Source: the human T2T-CHM13v2.0 reference genome, Homo sapiens. Taken from it: a DNA stretch of 64,000 bases. The stretch lies in assembly GCF_009914755.1 (NCBI RefSeq), contig NC_060931.1; one strand, 5' to 3'. The position numbers were made by a program, and so were the translations under genes. This document shows, piece after piece, positions 53,520 to 64,000 of this stretch (within the stretch, counting starts at the first letter, position 1; the number at the start of each line of letters is the position of its first letter). The notes under the pieces were generated by a model, which was not told the origin of the DNA, searched no databases, and saw only the letters and a list, made by a program, of their open reading frames with translations.

Positions 53520-54025
53520 GAACAATAATAGCTAACGACAACAACCAACATTTGTTGAGTGCTAGTGACATACCAGGCCTTGTTTGATCTCATTTAATTC
53601 TCACTAACAACCCTATGTGGAAGGTATCTTAGTATTTTCACTTTATAGATGAGCAAAATGAGATGCCATTACTAAGGTCATGAGTAGTCAGTAGGGTGGA
53701 GCCACAATTCTAACCCAGGCAGCTTTACTCTGCCTGAAGAGACCCCACTCTGTAGCTGTTAGGAGTGCAATCTGAAAGCAGACCAACCTGAGTTTTAAAT
53801 CCCCGTACTATTCCTAACCTTCATTGTGTGAGGTGGTGTAAATTAATTCAACGTCTTTAAATCTCAGCTGTTTCATCTGTAAAAAGAGGGGAGGGAATAA
53901 TAATAGGACCTACTCCAAAGGCCTGTTATGAGGATTAAACATACATTCTATAAAATGTGCAACACAGCTGGCTCCTGGCAGCTAGTAAGCCTCTCTAAAT
54001 ATTAGGGGCTATTATTATTTTTATT
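53520..54025. mobile_element. Two MIRs in opposite orientation
   Basis: ctttatagatgagcaaaatgag at ~53640 and tctcagctgtttcatctgtaaaa at ~53865. Confidence 0.65.
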
Positions 54026-56445
54026 ATCCTTGCTGCCTTCCTTTTCTCTAATTAAAAAAAAAAAGCTTTAATGGTTTTGCACTCTGAGTTCTATAATGTA
54101 AATATTTTTCACTAAAGACAAAATATTCATCCTAGTTTACATCAAGAGGATACATTTTAAATATGGGGCAAAGCTGGCACAGGGTATTTCTTACATAAAT
54201 ATTTTCTTGAAAAAGGAAAATAGGAGGCAGAACCCCCAGTAGGCCCAATTTCCTCTCTAATCTTCATTTTAGTAACCCTTTCTATTCCCTAAATAACTCC
54301 TAATGATCCAGTAATGTGTTAACAGTGACAGCTGATGCCAGAAAAGGTGTTCTCTCTGGGCCTGACATTTTCCTTAATGGTAATTCTAACTAGTTAAGGT
54401 AAACAATGTGAAATGTTTGGCATATTTTTTCCACAAATGGTAGTGGAGCGGAAATCATGAAAAGCCTTGTAAAGATGGCAAACCGATCTAGTGTAGCTTT
54501 GACAATTCTGTGACTGCTGTTACAAGGGGAAATAATAGAGTTAAACATCTAGGAACCCTTACCTTTGGGACAGTTGATAAATTGAAGGCATTTTCTGATT
54601 GTGCTTTACTTTAGATTAACAGTCTGGAAGTTTTCAGATTTAAAGAGCAAAGTTGTGTATCATTAAAACAACAAGAAGACATGATACATGCTAAGCTGCT
54701 CTGTACCCAAATATTGCAAGTAATCTTGGTAGCTCTATCTTTGAAGCCCAGTTTCGTTTACATTCTCCACTCTGATTTACTTTAATAGTCAAACACTTGG
54801 GTGGTATTCTCTACCTGCAAGAAACCTTGGAAGTAGTCTGGTTTAGGGTCACCAGTTTACAGATGAGGAAACAGGATCTCTCATGTAAAGGCTTTAAATC
54901 AAGTCTTGTGGTTCCCAGTAGTGTTCCTTTCCTGAGCATCCCATGCTGTCCTGAGTGGCTTTTGCCCTTCCCTTCATTGCCTTTGTTCCTGCCATCCCCC
55001 TACCCGTATTCATGATATAGCTGATCTTTTGGCATTCCTAACACCTAACAAAAAGAATTGTAAAATTCTTTTTGGAGGTTAGATTGAAGTCAAAGACTGG
55101 CCTGAATTTCCCTATAAATTGGAAAAGAAGTTTTATATACTGTGTGGCTCATGAATTAAGATCCTTTGCTCTAAATGACAGTTCAGAGCAGACTATTGTA
55201 CAGTATTTTGCTTGCAAATATCTAGAAGTGGATATGTGATTAATTTGCTGACAGACCATCTCTGAAAGCAGTTCTAATGATGGACTTATAATTGATGGCA
55301 TCCATCATTGAGAACCTAAAATATCCCCCTCCCTAAATTAAAAAAGATAAATGAAATAAACTAGGCTGAATGTATAAGCTGACAAATCTGAGGGAATTTA
55401 ATGAAACTCTAAATTACCACAGCCAACAGATAAGAGGAAAAGGTTCCTTTGTTACTGATTATAATACTAAATTAAAAAAAAATTATCCAAGAAAGATAGT
55501 GGGGGAAACAAAGATCTGTGGTCCATGTATCAAACGAAGTTATTGAAATATTTTTAATAAGTATATCTATCTCATTCCCTGGTTATTGTTGATTCATATC
55601 AATCTTGTTAGTGCTGTTCGAAGACTAGTAAATGCGGGAACCGTCCTGTAGGATAGCTTAGATGACTGCTGTTGTAAGAGATTTTAGAATTAATATGACC
55701 TTATTTCCAGACTGCTGGGGGCTCCATACCAAATTCAGGTCATTCAAATGAGCTTTTCGGAAGGTGGTTCCTCAGTGTATAAGTAATTGTATCAGTTACT
55801 GTGCTTTCAGCTATGTATGAAAAAGACCAACTGAAAGTGACTTAAACAATGGATATTTATTATCTCCCCTAACAAGAAGTCCTGAAGTAAGGCAGCTGCA
55901 GGGCTGGCTGCTTTGGTGGCCAAGGACATAGTGGTAGCTTGGCATTCCTCCTTGTTTTTCCTTCCATGGTTGTAACATGGCTGAAGTGTCTTAAGTATCT
56001 TATCTTTGTACAGTGATACCTAGGGTTGGGAAAGGCACCTTTTCTTGTTACTATTCTTGCAGAAAATTGTTCCTAGTACTTCCTTAGTTTTGTCTCATTG
56101 ATCAGACTTGTCACTGATAAGGAGAATGGAACAGTTCACTCAAATCAAGAGTTACCCAGTCTCTTGAACAGTTCATGCCTGCCTGCTGTCTGATTAAAAT
56201 CAGTTCTAATGCCAATGACAGAAGAGAAGGGCCCCTTGGATAGGCAACTACAAATCCACTTAGATGGGCTATTGAAATTTACTGTGAAGGAAGTTTTGTG
56301 TTTTCTGTTTGTAACTTATTTCATTTCCTAGTTAATAAGATGAATGTGCTTCACCTTCCTTTTGCATTTTACTTTCTGCTTCACCTTTCTTTTGCATTTT
56401 ACTTTCAAGTTTTACTTAGCTTGATATACTCTCTGCCTTCACCAG

Positions 56446-56635
56446 GACTCTGTCTACTAGTGACGATGTCGAAGACAGGGAAAATGAAAAGGGTCGCCTT
56501 GAAGAAGCCTACGAGAAATGTGACCGTGACCTGGATGAATTGATTGTACAGCACTACACAGAATTGACGACAGCCATTCGCACATACCAGAGCATCACAG
56601 AGCGCATCACTAACTCCCGAAATAAAATAAAGCAG
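56446..56635 (+). CDS. EXOC4: Exocyst complex component 4 (Sec8), coding exon 2 (aa 29-92)
   Basis: Acceptor ctctctgccttcaccag|G and donor CAG|GTATTC; 190 nt. Joins exon 1 in frame (AG|G = Arg29) to give [63 protein letters not shown]. 86+190=276 nt = 92 codons. Confidence 0.97.
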
Positions 56636-57274
56636 GTATTCCTCCTTTCTGGTCTGATGGTGGCAGCACTTCCCATCACTATAGGTGTTGCAGCTTGGAG
56701 AGGAGCCATGGTAGTGGCTAATGGTCCTTAACAAAGTGATTCAAAATGCCACTTTTCAGGAGTTCTGCAGGTGTCTGGAAAGGCTGGCTGGGAAAGATCA
56801 CAGAAGGCATCCTCGGCTGATTTCTCCCCTCCCCTGTGTCTTATCCTTGGTTCTGCCATTATTTCTCACTGCAGTGTGGAATGAGACAAGCAAGATGGCC
56901 TCCATTTGCTTGTGTCTTACGATCCATCCCTAACAAACCAGAAGGCATACTGGCCCTTGTATTCTCCATTCTCATTCTAGCAGTTATTCTTGTATTTCAC
57001 ACATCTAAACAATAAAGCATAATATTCTGACTGTTGATTCAATGCCTATTCTGAATCTTAGTGGCTGACCTATTGACACTCACATGAATTGGAGGGCAGC
57101 CAGTCGAATACCCTTTTATCTGAATCCAAACCACAGAAGCGAGAATGTCTCCTACATTGAAGTTGGTTGTGACTTGCCTGCATTTATTGTGCATTCTTGG
57201 TATTTTTTGTGAAGTGAAGAAAATTTAACCTACAAATTATTTAAACATAAAATGAAATGTTTATGAGAACAATT

Positions 57275-57433
57275 TTTTTCTTTTTTTTTTTTTTAGAGTT
57301 GGAGCCTTGCTCTGTTGCCTAGGCTGGAATGCAGTGGTGCATCACTGAAGCCTTGAATTCCTGGGCTCAAGCAATCCTCCTGCCTGAGTCTCCCAAAGTG
57401 CTGGGATTATAGGTGTGACCCACCATGCCTGGC
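57275..57433 (-). mobile_element. Short/deleted Alu (antisense)
   Basis: Alu arm with poly-T. Confidence 0.8.
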
Positions 57434-58400
57434 AAAAAACCAAAATTCTTGAATATCATGCTTTAATTGTGACTAATGTGTATTAAGTTTTATTTTGTAG
57501 TTTTCATGTTTTGGAACAGTTTTTCTTTTATTTGTTATTTTTCTCTCTTTTTCTCTTCCTTCCTTTCTTCCTTCCCCCACGTTCTTTCTCCCTGTCTCTC
57601 TCTTCTCCTACCCCTCCTTTCTCCCCTACTTTCTTCCTTTTGCTGTAGGTCCTTGAGAAAACTCTTGGTTCTTGGGTCTATGCCTTTAGTACCTAAAGGA
57701 TAAAATGGGTTTGTAAGGAGTATTTTCATAATTGGCCAAAGGATGAACTGATCAAATAAGGGTTATGTAGTATAACATTATAGTTATGTGGTTTTTAGCT
57801 GTATTTTTGAGATCACTCCTTTAATACCATTTAGTACTACTCTGTGATAAATAACAATAATTGCCACCACTTATTGAACACTGATTCTTTGCAAGGGATG
57901 ATTATGTCCAATCATCTCAATGAATTTAGAATTTAAACTCTAATCTCCCAGATTCTAAAGCCGTTGTTGCTGATTTCCAGGCATTTTTAAAGCAGCAGAA
58001 ACTTTTTTTTTTAATGTGATATTTTGCAGAATACCAGCATGTCAGTCATTAAGAGAGGCAGTGCTCTCCTCTTCTTTGGTTTTGGGGTGAGAGGTCCAAA
58101 GCATCATACTTGGTTCCCCCCACCACTGTGGGACTGAGTGATGCATAGACTATGGTTTAAAATTCACTGCCCTGTGCTATGAGATTGGTTAGGGGACTGG
58201 CTGGCCTGTATCTGCCCAGTAACAGCTGTGCATATGGCATCTTCATGTTTTGTTTTCTGTCCATTAGACTTATATTATGATTTTGTAAGCAGATACATAA
58301 ATTATGCTTCTACAAATACTGATGATATATGACTTTCAGCTTCTAAGAGTTTAGTTCCAGAATCAGTATGCTCTTAACCTTTTTGGAAGCCATGTGTTGA

Positions 58401-58605
<205 letters not shown>

Positions 58606-59519
58606 TGAAAGGAATACTATAATTCTTTGCCTTTACAAGTGCTGAGTTCATCCTATGGATTTATCTGTGAAACTAGTTAAAGTTATAGATCACTTGCTCT
58701 AGATTTAAAGTAAACTGTAGTCCATTTTGACCCAATATACTAAGCTCAAGAGGGGTCAATGAATGTATAGAGCTGCTGACCTTCTGGCTTTGCCTCAGGT
58801 AATAACAGCAAAGGTGAAGGACCTCATGGTATTTGTATTTTCTGATTAGTCTGGTTGACTGAAAAGACTTTGTCCTAATCTCATGGGCATGGGAAGCACC
58901 AGCAGTGATTTCTGCTTTGCTTCCCATCATTCTGAGTCGATAACATCTTAGCCGCTAACAAAGAATGTTCGCCTGATATTGAAAAAGAGCCTTGTCTTGA
59001 TCATTTCACATTTGTTTTAGTAGCCACGTTTCTTACCATCCTCATTTTCAGTATGCCAGAGTTTTGAGCAAAAGAAAATAACAATGAAAACTTTATTATA
59101 TCTGATAATTGTCACGAAAGTAAATGTCATATTATTCTGGGTTATGAATTAGCTTCAATATTGGGTAGAGAAATAAAGGGTCAGAGCTCTTTTCAAAAGA
59201 GCCTTTAATAATTGATTAATGGGAAAATAAAAGGGGGGAGAATGAAAATGAATTTGTTTTTGACAATTTTGTACCATGACAGTCCATTTCTTGTCACCAA
59301 GGAAACACTGATGTTTTCTCACTAATCTTTTCCTGTCATTTTTGGCTTTTAATTACACTTTGGATTATATATGAAATATAGGTGTGTATTTTTTTTAAAG
59401 TGAAAACATGGATGATTCAGTAACGATTGGGCTACGTTATCTCAGAGCCAAGCAAAATGTTGAGAATGTGTAGATCTGAGTTGAAATTTTCTTTCTATTT
59501 TCTGCCAAAAGAATAAGGA

Positions 59520-60930
59520 TTCATGCAGCAAATATCTGTTGAGTGCCCGCTATGTTGCTGATTGTGTTTTAGGTGCTAGGGCTGCACAAATGGGAAACAC
59601 CAGTTCCTGTCCTCAGGGAGCTTATGTGCAAATGAGAGGATAGAAAACGAACAAATAGATAACGTTGAACAACATTTATGTAGTCTCTATGTATCGAGTG
59701 TCTGCTTTGTGCTGAGGATTGTTCTAGATTTTCAGGTGTAGAAGTGAAGAAAACATAAACATTTCTGTCCTTGTGGAGTTAAATTCTAATCAGGGGAGAC
59801 AGACTACAGACTATAAGTGAATATATAAGTAAAGTGTGGTATAGCAGATGGTAAGAAGTGCTACACACACCCCCACCCACTCACCAGGGAGGGGAGACTA
59901 GGGACTTGCTGTTTTAGCTGGGTTGGCCAGAAAGGGCTTCACTGAGGGCCCATATGAGCCAACACCTGAAGGAGGTTAGGAAGAGTGTCAGGAAGAGCAT
60001 TCCAGGAAGAAAGGAAGCAGGTGCCCAGATCCCAAGTCAGGGGCATGATTGGAGGTTTGGAGCAGCAGCAAGGTGGTTGATGAGGCTGAAGCAAAATGAG
60101 GCATGGGGAGAGTGGCAGGAGAGAGATGAGAGAGCTAGGGCATGTGGTGTGGTGGGTGGGTGTAGGGAAGTCACGTAGGGTCTTGTAGGTCACTGGAAAG
60201 ACATTGATTTTAACTATCGGTATAATGGGAGAAATGATTGTAATGCTTTGAGCACAGGAATAACATGATGTGGCTAACATCTTTTTTTTACTATTATTAT
60301 ACTTTAAGTTTTAGGGTACATGTGCACAACGTGCAGGTTTGTTACATATGTATACATGTGCCATGTTGGTGTGCTGCACCCATTAACTCGTCATTTAGCA
60401 TTAGGTATATATCCTAATGCTATCCCTCCCCACTCCCCCCACCCCACAACAGTCCCCAGTGTGTGATGTTCCCCTTCCTGTGTCCATGTGTTCTCATTGT
60501 TCAATTCCCACCTATGAGTGAGAACATGTGGTGTTTGGTTTTTTGTCCTTGCGATAGTTTGCTGAGAATGATGGTTTCCAGCTTCATCCATGTCCCTACA
60601 AAGGACATGAACTCATCATTTTTTATGGCTGCATAGTATTCCCTGGTATAGATGTGCCACATTTTCTTAATCCAGACTATCATTGTTGGGCATTTGGGTT
60701 GGTTCCAAGTCTTTGCTATTGTGAATAGTGCCGCAATAAACATACGTGTGCATGTGTCTTTATAGCAGCATGATTTATAATCCTTTGGGTAGATACCCAG
60801 TAATGGGATGGCTGGTCAAATGGTATTTCTAGTTCTAGATCCCTGAGGAATCATGATGTGGCTAACATCTTAAAAGGCCCACTCTAGCTGCTGTGCTGGG
60901 AATAGATTTCATTGGAGACCAAGGCAGATG
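59520..60930 (+). mobile_element. L2 fragments, interrupted by L1PA
   Basis: aaatatctgttgagtgccc..., tcttgtaggtcactggaaagac..., resumes ctctagctgctgtg. Confidence 0.65.
60284..60851 (-). mobile_element. 5'-truncated primate L1PA (3'UTR plus end of ORF2)
   Basis: ORF 60501..60743 is the L1 ORF2 C-terminus (MFIAALFTIAKTWNQPKCP...HMFSLIGGN). TSD CATGATGTGGCTAACATCTT at 60264-60283 and 60852-60871. Confidence 0.95.
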
Positions 60931-61001
60931 AAGATGTTCATATTTGTGCATTGTCACCTTTTAAAGCTTGAGACCACAGAACTGTTTATGCTTGCCATTT
61001 G

Positions 61002-61282
61002 AGAGAGGGTCTCTCTCCATCACCCGGGCTGGAGTGCAGTAGCACTATCATGAATCGCCATAGCCTCGACCTCCCACACTCAGGTGATCCTCTTGCCTTA
61101 GCCTCCTGAGTAGTTGGGACCATAGGTACATTCCACCATGCCTGGCTAATATTTGATTTTTTTGCAGAGACTGGGTCTCCCTATGTTACCCAGGATGGTC
61201 TCAAACTCCTGGCCTCAAGTGATCCTCCTGCCTTGGTCTCCTAAAGTGCTGGGATTATAGGCGTGAGCCGCTGTGCCTGGCC
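61002..61282 (-). mobile_element. AluJ-like (antisense)
   Basis: Diverged dimer. Confidence 0.88.
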
Positions 61283-61429
61283 TACATGTCTCATTTTTTG
61301 ACATTACTTTCATATATTGATTTACATTATATTGGTAGATTCTATGTTTTTGAGGATAAAAGTGAGCTGACAGATGGATTTAACTTTCTTCCCTGATGGT
61401 CCAAGCTTTTTTAAAAAAATTAATTATTG

Positions 61430-61620
<191 letters not shown>

Positions 61621-62698
61621 AACAGAAGGCTCATAGGCTCAGCCTTGATACCATGTACAATTGATCAGGTCAAGTAATGTGGACAATAAGCAAAATAACT
61701 GGGCAGTTCTATTACTTTTGAATGCATTGTACAATTGCTCAAAATGAGATGTTATTGCATTGGTAAACCTCCAGTTCCATAGGTTCTGCCAGTGTCTCTC
61801 ATAATAACAACTGATGGGCTTATTGTAGCAGCAGCACCAAAAGAAATGGATACGAGTTGATACAAATTGGGGAGTTGGGCCAAATGAATTGGTATGTTTC
61901 TCTGTGGTGTACTAGGTGAATGAGATGACCTCAGATTTCTTTAAAGTTACAAAGTAGTCTAATGCTTATCACTGGAACAGGGTAGGTTGAAGGGAGATAC
62001 TTGGCTTTGTTGAGATGTGCACACAAACACTTAACATTTCATCCCAATTTTGACCACCCTATTGGTGCTAGATCAAGCTCTGAATCTCATTTTTTTTGCC
62101 TATAATGAGAAATAAGGGTACACGATTATTCAAGTGAAGTTGTTAGGGCTTAATCATTGAGTAATGAAACATTCATTATTTGGTAGATACCTAAAATAAT
62201 TCTGGCTTTTAAATGCGATTATACCTTGAAAGGTAGAATTAGAACGAGGAATAACCTTAATATAAAAAAATGTCCTAGTAGAACAACATGGTTTGCTAGG
62301 AAGTTATTTACAGCCCAAATATAAGATGCTGCTTGTATGAGAAAGGGAAGAAGGCCTTTGGTTTCTAGAAATGGACATGCTAAACAGTGGGTAATAATGA
62401 GATATAATTTTAAATGCGTGCAGCACTCTAGAGCACATTAATGCAGTTGCTGGAACCATGAGGTGATCTTTCCATTAAGTTCAGGTGTGTGTGTATTTGT
62501 GTAAAGGAAGGTATTGGAAAGTGTTGAGGGGAGCCTCTCAGAATTTCAGAACTTAGAGTGGCAGCTGAAAAAACCCGGGGAAAGAAAGCACAGACAGTAC
62601 AAGTTTGAAGGTAATTTAAAGATGATTTGTAGTTCTAAAAGGCTTTTAAACAGAACAATGAGTGGTATTTCCAAGGTTCGTTCTTTCCAGGTGCTTTC

Positions 62699-62841
62699 TA
62701 ACTAACCTGCACAATGTGCACATGTACCCTAAAACTTAAAGTGTAATAATAAAAAATAAATAAATAAATAAATAAATAAAAAGAAAATTCAATAAAATAC
62801 ATAATAAAAATGTATCATTAAAAGTCCAGAAAAAAAAAAAA
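62699..62841 (+). mobile_element. Ultra-short young L1 3' end with A-rich tail and probable 3' transduction
   Basis: TAACTAACCTGCACAATGTGCACATGTACCCTAAAACTTAAAGTGTAAT, then (TAAA)n, ~47 nt non-L1 sequence and A12. Confidence 0.8.
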
Positions 62842-63146
62842 GACTCCATGGAAAAAATTGGGTTGGTCTCTTACGGCAGGAGAAAACCTATGATAGTACT
62901 TATATGTAGATTTACTTTCGCCAACAAAATTCAACAAAAACAAAGAAGACATCTCAGTATTTTATACTTTTAAAATTAAGAATGATGTCGACACATTAAT
63001 TTTCATTTACTATCCTTGACTCATAGATAACTTTTTAGGATATTTCTAGTCTGTAGTTTCAATGAGTTGTTTGCACATTGTTGTATTCTATTACAGATAA
63101 TATGCATGCTCAGAGGCATTTCCTCCCTTCTTTATCTTTTCCTTGA

Positions 63147-63470
<324 letters not shown>

Positions 63471-64000
63471 AAATTCAGTACTTTTCTGATTTTATGACTT
63501 AAAAGTTATGGTCTTCCCCAGGCCTGTGTCCATAAGCCCCTCTCACTATATAGATCTCTGGTCTTCCTCTCACAAATGCTAAGGCAGTTTTATTCAAAGC
63601 CCCACTTAGCTTTTCTCACCCCTTTATCTTTTCCAAAAGAGGGCTGCAAAAATTTCAACTTCTCTGCCGTCTGTATCATCTCACATTTCTATTCACAGTA
63701 GCCTCTTGGGCCCTGTTTTCTTTCTTTTCTCTTTTTCTAATAGCCTCTAGTTAGGGTGACTTGCAGATTTTGTGAAATTGTAGCTATTGCTGAATAGGTG
63801 ATTATGAGCAACTGTGAAGTTACTAAAACTCTGAGAAAGCAAAGGAAATTTGTCTCTGACTTGATATCATGGTTTGAACAACCTTTTCACCCATTTGTTT
63901 TAGGAAGAAACAGAGTAACATAATTTTTCAATCTTAATTATACTTATAAATTAAATAGAATGAAATGAAAATACTGTCATCACATTTATAAAAGTAGAAC

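Noticed and set aside
56540-56731. 63-aa ORF overlapping exon 2 as a separate gene
   Set aside because: It is the EXOC4 frame read from an internal TTG and running into intron 2.

Overview
Primate (very probably human) genomic DNA, not microbial. The window holds the 5' end of EXOC4 (exocyst component Sec8) on the + strand. A TATA-less housekeeping-type promoter lies at ~34.3-34.55 kb. Coding exon 1 is 34552-34637, intron 1 is 21,808 bp, coding exon 2 is 56446-56635, and intron 2 runs off the end. The two exons splice in frame to give residues 1-92. The upstream 34 kb and both introns are mostly interspersed repeats: about 40 Alu copies or fragments, old and young L1, L2/MIR, four THE1 plus other MaLR/ERVL solo LTRs, and hAT DNA-transposon remnants. 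Nearly all ORF-track entries are repeat-derived noise. I found no convincing new multi-gene system. The best leads are (i) a sense-oriented intronic THE1 LTR with a DUX4-consensus site, TATA-like box and splice donor, which could act as an alternative EXOC4 first exon, (ii) a tiny young L1 insertion that appears to carry a 3' transduction, (iii) strong antisense Alu bias inside the gene, and (iv) several nested insertions, duplications and palindromes. Repeat subfamily names come from remembered consensus sequences, and boundaries without TSDs are approximate.
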